A stretch of DNA of 63,057 nucleotides, the filler included, from an uncultured bacterium (GTDB lineage: Bacteria > CAYUVA01), in the NCBI GenBank assembly GCA_964448115.1. It is 4 parts of 4 records of this genome, joined end to end, with 100 filler letters (N's around TTAATTAATTAA, not from the genome) between each part and the next. Parts side by side here need not be neighbours in the genome. Positions count along the whole stretch, not along the records: positions 43,739 to 54,817 come from CAYUVA010000064.1; positions 54,918 to 63,057 come from CAYUVA010000069.1; 2 more parts are not named here. One strand, 5' to 3'. Below the pieces are notes generated by a model, which saw only the letters and a list, made by a program, of their open reading frames with translations, made no database searches and had not been told where the DNA came from. Shown here piece after piece: positions 48,388 to 57,280 of the stretch. Positions within the stretch are counted from its first letter, which is position 1. Every line of letters begins with the position of its first letter. The position numbers and the translations under genes are program-made.

Positions 48388-51141
48388 ATGGCCGAGGAAG
48401 CACAGGTAAGACAACTGCTCCAGAAGCTGCTTTATACGCAGTGGTCTGACACGCAGGATCGCCACAACCTCCTTGCCGAGATCCTTAATCTAAAGGTAGA
48501 TCTGCTCAAGTACATGATCAATATCATCAAGGGAAGCCAGGGCAGCAAGGACAAGGCTAAACAAAAGGAACGAATGAAGGCTGTCTGCGAGCTTATCAAG
48601 CTGGCTGGCAATCGCAACTGGTGCAAGCCTCTGCTGAGCCTGCTTCCGAGGGTCGATGATATCACGGCAAAAGCGCTTATGGATGCAGTCGGAGCCATAT
48701 TCGATCCCCGTGCGATAAGCGATCTTATCGAGATGCTGAATCACCGCTCAGCGGAAGCTCGCAGGCGGGCAAGCAGGCTGCTGATCAAGGTCGGGGGAAA
48801 GACCGGCTTCAGGGAGCTTAAGAATGCGCTGGGTCGCATAGAATGGCGCGATAGGTCAGAGGTCATACTGACCTTTACCAAGATGGGCGGCTCAAGGGCT
48901 ATCGAGACCCTTGAAGAGATACTACAAAGCGGCAGCGAGGATGACCGGATTTTTATCATCAAGCTGCTGTCTCGCTTCAGGGAGGATGATGTAATCGATA
49001 CGCTTCTGTTGGCTGCCAAGCAGCCGATGCCGGCGGTTCGCATGGCTTTGGCGCGCGTGCTGGGAGAACTTGAATCGAACAAGGCTTCCGAAGCGTTGCA
49101 TCTGCTGGCAAAGGACAGCAGCATCGATGTCAGCGTGCTTGCCATTCGAAGCCTTCAAAGGCACAAGAAGCCAAGCACATTGGAGGTTCTAGCCTCGCTG
49201 GTCGAATCCAAGAACAGTACCATACGTAGGGAAGCTGTAAAGTCGCTGGGCAGCTTAGAGCCTAGGCTGATCACCGGCGCTGCCATAGATATCCTGATGG
49301 ATTCGCTTGCCGACCCGGATGATGGAGTGAAAAAGGAGGCTGCTGATGCGCTTTATGCGCTTGGAAAAACGGACAAGGGAAAGCTGGGCAAGATGCTGCT
49401 CACCAGCCTGGTCGATAAGGATGATGAGGTCATCGAGGGCGTTATCGGGGTGCTCAATCGCCTGGGCGGAAGCCTGAAGATATGGAAGGAGACCATAAGG
49501 AAACTGTGCAGCGATGACTATCGGGTGCAGCGGCAGGCAGAGCATATAATCATTGAGCTTGATGACCCGGATATAAAAAGGATTTTGATAGAACTTATCG
49601 ATGATCCCGATGAGCTGGTGAGAAGGTTCAGCATCTCTCTTTTGGGCAAGATGAAGGTTACCGAGGCTGGCGATCGCATAGTCGAGGCTCTCTCCGATCC
49701 CAACTGGTGGGTGGCGGAGACCGCGATAGATGCTCTGGGTCAGCTCAAGGATCGCTCCTGCGTCCCTCGACTGATAAGCCTGCTCGAGGCGCCGATGAAA
49801 AGAAGAACGGCTATAAAGGTGCTCGGCGAGCTGGATGATCCACGGGCTGTCGAACCGCTTGTGGCACTTTTAGATGAAAAAGACAACCAGGTTCGCCTAG
49901 ATGCCCTGGATGCGCTAGCCAGGCTCGGCAACCCAGCCTGCCTTGATGCGCTAAACAGGCTGCTCAAGGATGCGGACAAGTCGATCCGTCATCGCGCCGC
50001 CCAGGTGATAGCCTCCATAAAACAGCTTAACAGCAACCAAACAATAGATGAAGACCAGGTATACCTGAGCAGCTCCTATGTGAGCGAGCTGGACAAGATG
50101 CTGATGATCGCCTTTGAGCGCAATGCCGAAGACCTGTTCATCGTACCCAATGAAAGACCGATGATAAAGCTGCACGGGGAGATGACACCGCTCGACTTGG
50201 ATGCAATCGACCCTAGATCCTGTGCAAAGATGCTCGGCGAGATAACGAACCCAGCCCAATCCGAGATGCTGCTATCAGAGCGCGATATTGACCTTTCCTA
50301 CGAGCTAAAGGGGATGTGTCGCTTTAGGGTCAACATATTCTTTCAAAGACAGGGGCTGGCAGCGGTATTTCGGCTCATACCGCCGAAAATAAAGACCCTC
50401 AAGGAGCTTGAGCTTCCCGATGTAATCATCGAGCTTACCGAGCTGCATCAAGGGCTGGTGCTGGTAACCGGACCCTCTGGGAGCGGAAAAAGCTCGACCA
50501 TTGCCGCCATGATAGACCGCATCAACGCGCGCCGGGCAGTGCATATCATCACCATCGAAGACCCCATCGAGTATGTCTTTGAGCCGAAGAATTCACTTAT
50601 AGACCAAAGGGAGCTGGAGACCAATACCCGCGATTACCTGCGGGCGCTTCGGGCATGCCTGCGTGAAGACCCCGATGTAATCGTAGTCGGCGAGATGCGA
50701 GACGCAGAGACCATAAGCGCTGCCCTGACCGCTGCCGAGACCGGGCACCTGGTGCTATCCACCCTGCACGCATACTCGGCAGCACAGACAATCGACCGCA
50801 TAATTGACTCATTCCCCCACGAGCAGCACAACCAGGTGCGAACCATGCTCTCAGCCACCCTTAAGGCGGTGATCACACAACAACTCTTGCGCACCGCTTC
50901 CGGGGACAGGAGAGTCCCCGCCGTCGAGGTGATGCTGGTCAACGATGCAATAGAGCACCTGATCAGGGAAGGAAAGACATACCAGATACCCTCGGTGATG
51001 GCAACCCATACACAAAGCGGGATGCAGACAATGGACATGGCGCTTCATCGGCTGATAAAGCGTGGCATCGTGCACCCCGTGGAGGCTTACATCAAGGCGC
51101 ACAATAAAAAGGAATTCGAGGAGCTGGTGAAAAAGGCGTGA
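48388..51141 (+). CDS. HEAT-repeat protein fused to a PilT/PilU-type retraction ATPase
   Basis: About 550 aa of PBS-lyase-like HEAT repeats; RFRVNIF, GPSGSGKS, TIEDPIE, LREDPDVIVVGEMRD, GHLVLSTLH, AIEHLIRE. Confidence 0.92.
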   Translation: MAEEAQVRQLLQKLLYTQWSDTQDRHNLLAEILNLKVDLLKYMINIIKGSQGSKDKAKQKERMKAVCELIKLAGNRNWCKPLLSLLPRVDDITAKALMDAVGAIFDPRAISDLIEMLNHRSAEARRRASRLLIKVGGKTGFRELKNALGRIEWRDRSEVILTFTKMGGSRAIETLEEILQSGSEDDRIFIIKLLSRFREDDVIDTLLLAAKQPMPAVRMALARVLGELESNKASEALHLLAKDSSIDVSVLAIRSLQRHKKPSTLEVLASLVESKNSTIRREAVKSLGSLEPRLITGAAIDILMDSLADPDDGVKKEAADALYALGKTDKGKLGKMLLTSLVDKDDEVIEGVIGVLNRLGGSLKIWKETIRKLCSDDYRVQRQAEHIIIELDDPDIKRILIELIDDPDELVRRFSISLLGKMKVTEAGDRIVEALSDPNWWVAETAIDALGQLKDRSCVPRLISLLEAPMKRRTAIKVLGELDDPRAVEPLVALLDEKDNQVRLDALDALARLGNPACLDALNRLLKDADKSIRHRAAQVIASIKQLNSNQTIDEDQVYLSSSYVSELDKMLMIAFERNAEDLFIVPNERPMIKLHGEMTPLDLDAIDPRSCAKMLGEITNPAQSEMLLSERDIDLSYELKGMCRFRVNIFFQRQGLAAVFRLIPPKIKTLKELELPDVIIELTELHQGLVLVTGPSGSGKSSTIAAMIDRINARRAVHIITIEDPIEYVFEPKNSLIDQRELETNTRDYLRALRACLREDPDVIVVGEMRDAETISAALTAAETGHLVLSTLHAYSAAQTIDRIIDSFPHEQHNQVRTMLSATLKAVITQQLLRTASGDRRVPAVEVMLVNDAIEHLIREGKTYQIPSVMATHTQSGMQTMDMALHRLIKRGIVHPVEAYIKAHNKKEFEELVKKA

Positions 51142-51157
51142 GGCGTAAGGGGTTTTT

Positions 51158-51271
51158 AACCACAAAGACTCAAAGACACAAAGAAAGAAAAAGAGGATCA
51201 CGCAAAGACGCAAAGAACGCAAAGAAGAAAGGAGAATCACGCAAAGACGGTACCACGGTATCACATCCTAA
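51158..51271. repeat. Dispersed repeat family A copy
   Basis: CCACAAAGACTCAAAGACACAAAG, CACGCAAAGACGCAAAGA, CGGTACCACGGTATCACATCCTAA. Confidence 0.75.
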
Positions 51272-51273
51272 AG

Positions 51274-51495
51274 ATGAAAACAAAGGCTCAGATGGTAGTT
51301 AAACAGAATAAATCCCTGGTAAAAAAGTGCATTAAAGACGGCGAGGTGGAATACTTCGATGAGTGCAAATGGGGATTAGCAGACGAGCTCTTCGGCTTTA
51401 TGTTATGCGCACCAAGAAAAACAGTGGGGAGGGTATCCACTCCTTTACCTGGGTGTCGCAATCTATTTGCTGGTCTTTTAGGTTTCAAGGCATAG
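51274..51495 (+). pseudogene. Possible truncated transposase N-terminus
   Basis: Short ORF; QNKSLV...GEVEYFD...ADELFGF resembles N-termini of some DDE transposases from memory only; no catalytic part present. Confidence 0.25.
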
Positions 51496-51706
51496 AGATC
51501 GCTATTTTATCATTTAAGCACTGACTACCAGCGCCTCGGTGTCTCTAATTACGTTAATTTTACCAAGGCCAGCCACTGATTCCGATTCCCCAGGCGGCAA
51601 ATAACCGCGAGATCAAGCACATTTATGAAGCTATCATAGACTCTTGGTCATTATCAACCACTTATGACGCATTTACTGTCTGAATCACAGAAGTCATATT
51701 TATCAC

Positions 51707-51735
51707 TTGACATCAAGAATTAAACTTGGTATAAT
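51707..51735 (+). promoter_or_regulatory. Consensus sigma70 promoter upstream of the Kelch gene
   Basis: TTGACA-N17-TATAAT with an extended -10 TG. Confidence 0.7.
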
Positions 51736-51807
51736 AATATATGATAATGATTACAAAATAACAAAAAAAATAAGTACACAACTAGAAAATAGAGATGGTT
51801 ACTTAAT

Positions 51808-54039
51808 ATGTTGCATTTAGTATTAAAAACAGGTCTTATTTTCAGCCATATAAATAAAACTATAAAATATATATCACTATTTATTATAATCATATTTTAT
51901 CATTTTTCGTATGGAGAATCACTAAATTTTTTATCTTGGAGGACATTATTGCCTTTTTATAAAAATAGATACTCCTCAATTTATAAAGGAAAATTAATAT
52001 TTGATCCTAACTTAAAAAACCTCGTAATGGTTAATCTAAATGGAGAGGTTTGGAAATATAATGAATATAAATGGGATTATATATACATCTATAAAAGTAC
52101 TGTTTATCCAAAGTATTGCGAAACAATTTTTGACGATGAAAAGGATTGTATTTGTGCTGTTGATTCAGGTATGAATGTGTTTTATCTTATGGATAGTGTT
52201 TGGCAGAGAGTTGTCCCTACCAGTAAACCCGAATTTATACCTCGCTTAAATTTCGGAATCTGTTATGATGCAGATAGAAAAAGGATTATCTTATTTGGAG
52301 GTTATTTTAATGGCTCTCCATATTATTTAAATGATACATGGGTATTTGATGGAACTAACTGGAATGAAATAACAACTCACCCTATTCCTCCCGCAAGGGC
52401 TGGACATCAATTGATATATTATAATTATCGTCATAAAGCTGTCTTATTTGGAGGTACAAGAACAAATGGCAGATTAAACGATACATGGGAGTTTGACGGT
52501 AAAGATTGGTATGAGCTCAACTGTACAGTAGCTCCATCTATAAGATCAAATCATCAAATGGTTTTTGTACCACATAGAAATATAATTCTTTGCTTCGGCG
52601 GTTATGGCTATCCATGTTCCTATGATCTTTATGATACATGGGCATATAACAACCAGGGATGGCATGAGATCAAAACACATCGTTATCCACTATTTACCGG
52701 ACCTATTGGATATGATCCGATTCAAGACAGAATTGTAATGATTGGACCAAATTCAGAAACATGGGAATTTGATTTCCAAGATTGGAATCAAATTAGACCA
52801 CCTCTTCCATATCCTAAAGGTAGAAGAGAACATGCTATGGCTTATGACGAGGACAGAGGTACAACTGTTATGTTTGGCGGTTGGGGAATATCGGATGATG
52901 ATGGAACTTGGGAATTTACAGATCATAAATGGGTAAACAATGATACAAGAAATTTATCATCCTCTATTGAAGAACCTCAAATGGCTTATGATAGCACTCG
53001 GAAAAAAATGGTGATTTTCAGGGGGGATTTTGTTAGTGAAACATGGGAGTATAATTCGATAGACTGGGAACTAAGAGTTGAGCATGCTCCTTGTCATCCA
53101 TATTTACAGTCGATAGGAGGATGTTTCCGATTTGATTGTGCAATGACTTATGACAAAATATTAAGGGGATGTGTGCTTTATGGAGGATATTTTTGGTGGA
53201 ATATGGAAGGTTATACCCTCAATGATATTTCGTTATATGATGGAACAAATTGGATATTATTAGGGTTACAGCAAACTGCAATTCGACATACCCTCACTTT
53301 CCATGAGGGCTTGAATCGAACAGTACTGCTTCAAGCTCCAAACTCTAATGAATTATACTATCTAGACTGTGCCCCATACGGTTTAGATTGTAGCTGGTCA
53401 GCATTACCAAATCCAAATCCACCAGAGCCGAGATCTAATTCCGTTATTATATATAACTCCGCAAGACGCTCATTATTTCTGTTTGGGGGTGGCTTGGAGG
53501 ATAATACTGTTTATCACGATGCGATTAAAATGTATAATGAATTATGGGAATATAAAGATTATCGATGGATTAAATATGATTTATCATTAAAACCATGTCC
53601 TATATGGAAGCATTGTATGATATATGATAAGAAGGAGGATGAAGCTATTCTCTTCGGTGGTGAGTATATTGAAATTAAGCCAGATACTTGGATTTTATAC
53701 AATCCATTGTATTTGGAGGGCTATTTTAGACCTAAGGTATTTCTTGCCGGTTTTTGGGATACTAGACTTGTAGAAGGTGAACATGGAAACTTAAAAATTT
53801 TTTTAATAGCACAAGCCTGGAAAGACCTACAAGTGAAAAAGGCGATAATTCCAAACTCCAGACATCCAGAACCAGACATTATAATCCCCGGTATAGACGG
53901 TGATGATAATCATTATTTCTATCTAGAGGTCGAACTAACAATGGCACCTTCCTCTGAGAAATACCTGGTTCAATTTCTTGTAGAGGATTCCATTGGATAT
54001 TATTCAGAACCATGGCCTTATCTTGTTGTTCATCATTGA
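51808..54039 (+). CDS. Kelch-like beta-propeller secreted protein with C-terminal WPYL domain (AT-rich gene)
   Basis: Repeats YD..R...LFGG...NDTWxFDGxxW; ends PKVFLAGFWDT...YLVQF.VED..G..SEPWPYLVV. Confidence 0.85.
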   Translation: MLHLVLKTGLIFSHINKTIKYISLFIIIIFYHFSYGESLNFLSWRTLLPFYKNRYSSIYKGKLIFDPNLKNLVMVNLNGEVWKYNEYKWDYIYIYKSTVYPKYCETIFDDEKDCICAVDSGMNVFYLMDSVWQRVVPTSKPEFIPRLNFGICYDADRKRIILFGGYFNGSPYYLNDTWVFDGTNWNEITTHPIPPARAGHQLIYYNYRHKAVLFGGTRTNGRLNDTWEFDGKDWYELNCTVAPSIRSNHQMVFVPHRNIILCFGGYGYPCSYDLYDTWAYNNQGWHEIKTHRYPLFTGPIGYDPIQDRIVMIGPNSETWEFDFQDWNQIRPPLPYPKGRREHAMAYDEDRGTTVMFGGWGISDDDGTWEFTDHKWVNNDTRNLSSSIEEPQMAYDSTRKKMVIFRGDFVSETWEYNSIDWELRVEHAPCHPYLQSIGGCFRFDCAMTYDKILRGCVLYGGYFWWNMEGYTLNDISLYDGTNWILLGLQQTAIRHTLTFHEGLNRTVLLQAPNSNELYYLDCAPYGLDCSWSALPNPNPPEPRSNSVIIYNSARRSLFLFGGGLEDNTVYHDAIKMYNELWEYKDYRWIKYDLSLKPCPIWKHCMIYDKKEDEAILFGGEYIEIKPDTWILYNPLYLEGYFRPKVFLAGFWDTRLVEGEHGNLKIFLIAQAWKDLQVKKAIIPNSRHPEPDIIIPGIDGDDNHYFYLEVELTMAPSSEKYLVQFLVEDSIGYYSEPWPYLVVHH

Positions 54040-54220
54040 AGCAGGAAATATGCGATTAATCTAAAAACTAATCCCAAAGTAACTATCTTTTTTAGGGAAT
54101 CTAAACAAATTATTATGGTGCTCAAATATACTTAATGTGATAAACTATAAATTTACAATATAAACATAAATTGAAATAGATGGTCTGAAGCAGTTCCTTG
54201 AGCCTTTTGTAGTTTTGCAT

Positions 54221-54463
54221 TCACAGGGAAATCTTCTCCTCCAAGTCTTTAGGTACATGGATCATCTTCCTTTTGCAATTTACCAATATGGACAGGCAAA
54301 GAAAGATATGCAGCTCGCCTTTTTGGCATTTACATCCTTTCTTCCCGCACTTTCGAGCCATAGTTACCAGGCTTCCGCAGAGAAACGGATAGTTATGAGC
54401 CAGCCTTGTCAACTCTGCTCTAGCGGCTCGTTCATTTGCCGAGAGAAATCCGCGATGTTTCAT
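54221..54463 (-). mobile_element. DUF6788-like IS accessory gene remnant
   Basis: GSLV...RKCGKKGCKCQKGELH metal-binding motif; TTGACA-N17-TATAAG promoter on the minus strand at 54488-54516. Confidence 0.65.
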
Positions 54464-54817
54464 AGCACCCCCTAACTGTTAGTATTTCTTATAACAGAAT
54501 GTAAATAATTTGTCAAGGGGAGAATAAGTGCGATTTTGCTTATTGGTAAAAAATGTATAGGGATTGCCTATCTAAATATATTCAGAGTGTAGCCTTGCGG
54601 AAGTTCTGTATTTTTCGAGAATTGTTTGAATTATGCGCTCTCGGAGTGCTATAATAGCGCTACCGACAACCTACTGCTCGCTTTCGTCATAAAGAACGAT
54701 AATTCCTTGACCGATATCGACGCCGATAGCCTGGCGAGGTTTACCTAAGAGATATACAGCACATCTGCTTCCTCGTCATATTCCCAGCTCAACATCGAGT
54801 CACTTTCAAGGATTTTT

Positions 54818-54917
54818 NNNNNNNNNNNNNNNNNNNNNNNNNNNNNNNNNNNNNNNNNNNNTTAATTAATTAANNNNNNNNNNNNNNNNNNNNNNNNNNN
54901 NNNNNNNNNNNNNNNNN
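54818..54917. other. Artificial contig linker
   Basis: N44-TTAATTAATTAA-N44. Confidence 0.97.
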
Positions 54918-55213
54918 ATACCGCAATACTGTGATACAAGGTTAACTGTTTCAGCGCTGAAACAGTAACTACATCACTCTATCACTTTGCAAGTTTACTG
55001 GATGCCCGCCTGCGCGGGATAGGAAGGGGAGAGTACTTAGTTTTGATGATATCGTCCAGTATATTTTATTAACCACATCCATAAAAAAGACCCTAGATCT
55101 TCAGGATAACATAGACGAGCTATATCCGAGCCTAGAAGAAGATTACATAAAGTTCTAGGCTTCCAGGGTGGGGAGGAGGTAGGTGCCTGGTAATCTCTTA
55201 GCAAGAAGCCAAT

Positions 55214-55663
55214 CTAGCGAGCCAGCACCTCAGTAGTCTCCTGTTGGATCTTGGCGCTCGCCTCAGCCTTTATCTTAACAGTATCCAGGATAGATTGGAT
55301 TAGCTCCTTGTTAGCCTCATCAAGGGAGAGGTACTTCTTGATGAATTCCTTGTCTTCCCTGCTAAGCTGTTCTTGTGTGTCGCTGTTGATAAGTTCCAGT
55401 ATGATTTCCCTTATTTTAGGATTTCTGGTTCTCTCGTAAAGCAGGTCGAGGTACATGTTTTTAAGGTCGATCTTGTATTCCTCAGAGATCTTTACTAGCA
55501 GGTTATCGCTTGGGTGTGCGGTCTTCATTTTCAGCCTGGAAATGTATGGAGCCACAACCCCTAGTGTATCCGCAAGCTGTTGCTGGCTCATATTGTGGTT
55601 TTTCTCGATTATATCCTGAAGATACTCGGCGAACGGTTTAGGTGTCCTTTTCAAGTTATCCAT
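55214..55663 (-). CDS. XRE-family helix-turn-helix transcriptional regulator
   Basis: MSQQQLADTLGVVAPYISRLK...PSDNLLVKIS HTH; C-terminal EDKEFIKKYLSLDEANKELI typical of XRE repressors; start probably MDNLK at 55663. Confidence 0.85.
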   Translation of the reverse strand: MDNLKRTPKPFAEYLQDIIEKNHNMSQQQLADTLGVVAPYISRLKMKTAHPSDNLLVKISEEYKIDLKNMYLDLLYERTRNPKIREIILELINSDTQEQLSREDKEFIKKYLSLDEANKELIQSILDTVKIKAEASAKIQQETTEVLAR

Positions 55664-55711
55664 ATTTATAATATAGGACATTTTTACAGGATATGCAAGC
55701 ACCAAATTACC

Positions 55712-55780
55712 ATAACTAATCAGTAAGTAAATACAAGATAACATTACTTACCTGTTAGTTATGATAAGTTACTGAGTAAC
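55712..55780. promoter_or_regulatory. Candidate operator sites in the XRE / ftsA-like divergent intergenic region
   Basis: Inverted repeat ATAACTAAtcaGTAAGTAA (55712-55730) / TTACTTACctgTTAGTTAT (55744-55762); palindrome GTTACTGAGTAAC (55768-55780). Confidence 0.5.
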
Positions 55781-55954
55781 AATTCAGTAATCCTCGGCTT
55801 CACTTGATGATTATTATGAATACTTGATCCAAATGGTTTCTGTGAATAATTTGGTTTGTTAGGGTTGAAAATTGGAAAAATCGTAAAATAATCAATTAAA
55901 TCAAATAGTTAACTTCATTTAAGGCAATTTTTGAAAAATAGGAAAAATTACCTA

Positions 55955-55983
55955 TTGATTTTTCTTGATGTAGGTATTATATT
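55955..55983 (+). promoter_or_regulatory. Putative sigma70 promoter for the ftsA/ftsZ-like operon
   Basis: TTGATT-N17-TATATT, in an AT-rich region where chance matches are likely. Confidence 0.35.
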
Positions 55984-56038
55984 GAAGATGTGAATGATCT
56001 CTATTATGGATGGGTGAACTTTTTTCATTGGGAGTTTT

Positions 56039-57262
56039 GTGATGGAATATGCGGTTATAGCTAGAAATGATTCAGTAGTCATTATCCAAGGAGCACTCCA
56101 AGTCACTAAAACTGGCAATCAAGAATATATAATCGGAAGATCTACCAACTTAAAGGCGGTTGACTATCGCATAGATCACGATGATCCTAATATAGATTAT
56201 CTTTCAAAGCAGATTAAGGGTGATCTCCATATCATCGCACCGGATCTTGGATTCGGAATTATACAAAAACAAGAAAAAATTAAAAACCATAATAAATCTA
56301 GAATTTTATTTACTGAAAAATTATTTAGAGCAAAAATAAAAAAATTGAAAAAGGAAATAAAGGAAAGCAATCAAAAAGGTAATATAATTGGTAACTACAA
56401 ACTTGATTATGTGCTTGGTGATAATATATTTTACGATAAATATAAATCATTTCTTTATAAAAAATTCGATGTCATTGAGATCCAGATATCGGGATTTCCT
56501 ATAGATTACAATGATCTAGTTAAATATTACTTACAGTTCGAGGAACTGGATTTAAGACCTGACAGTATAATACCTCTTTGTGTAGCTATTGAATATGCTA
56601 TGGATTTAAGATCCATTAAAGAACCAGTAGGTGTTTTTTACCAAGAGGAGGATTTCTCCATCGTCTTAAGATATCATGAGTGTCATATAACTGATCTCGT
56701 TTACTCGGATTTGGGATTTCAAGGGCTATATAACATTATTGCGGAGTTATTCTACACTAATCCTATTGAAGCCAAGAGGATATTCAATGAATGTTCTTGC
56801 CTGCCAGATATTGAAAATACAACTTTTACTTTGGAGTTTCCAGGAATCGATGACCGTGATCATAAAATTAACTCATTGAGTGCATCATTTTATCTAAATG
56901 AAGCGTTTAAAACATATCTTATGAAGGTAACTCGCTCAAATTTATTCAAGTATCCTGATAAAAGAATCGATACTTTATATTTAGTACCGGCAGGAATCCA
57001 AACTAGAGAAGATATCTTAAAAGCAATAAGGGAGATACTCGGGGTACATGTGGAGGAATATAATATTAAACAACAAAAGGCACTTGATGATCATAATGAG
57101 ATGATATTACTTGGAGTGCTCAAATATATTAACTCAGGGAGAATGTTAGAAACTAGGTTAAATAAAGACATAAGACAACTGGAGCGGAGCATTAAAAAAG
57201 AGCATCGCAGGTTGGCAAAGGATAATCGTAATCGATTATCTGAGAGTACGGTTGCTCTGTAA
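56039..57262 (+). CDS. Highly divergent FtsA-like (actin-fold) protein lacking ATP-binding motifs
   Basis: Colinear resemblance to FtsA (DYVLG, NDLVK..LDLRPDSIIPLCVA, KEPVGVF, LGFQGLYNIIAELFYTNPIEAKRI, LEFPGID, LYLVPAG, LLGVLKY); 407 aa; directly upstream of an FtsZ-like gene. Confidence 0.6.
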   Translation: MMEYAVIARNDSVVIIQGALQVTKTGNQEYIIGRSTNLKAVDYRIDHDDPNIDYLSKQIKGDLHIIAPDLGFGIIQKQEKIKNHNKSRILFTEKLFRAKIKKLKKEIKESNQKGNIIGNYKLDYVLGDNIFYDKYKSFLYKKFDVIEIQISGFPIDYNDLVKYYLQFEELDLRPDSIIPLCVAIEYAMDLRSIKEPVGVFYQEEDFSIVLRYHECHITDLVYSDLGFQGLYNIIAELFYTNPIEAKRIFNECSCLPDIENTTFTLEFPGIDDRDHKINSLSASFYLNEAFKTYLMKVTRSNLFKYPDKRIDTLYLVPAGIQTREDILKAIREILGVHVEEYNIKQQKALDDHNEMILLGVLKYINSGRMLETRLNKDIRQLERSIKKEHRRLAKDNRNRLSESTVAL

Positions 57263-57280
57263 ATAAGAGGGGGTAATGTC

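Noticed and set aside
43889-51141. Intact prophage around the terminase
   Set aside because: No portal, capsid, tail or integrase genes; neighbours are host-type signalling and motor genes
22256-54917. TTAATTAATTAA motif occurring three times
   Set aside because: Always centred in N-runs of identical length; an artificial concatenation linker, so cross-linker synteny was not used as evidence
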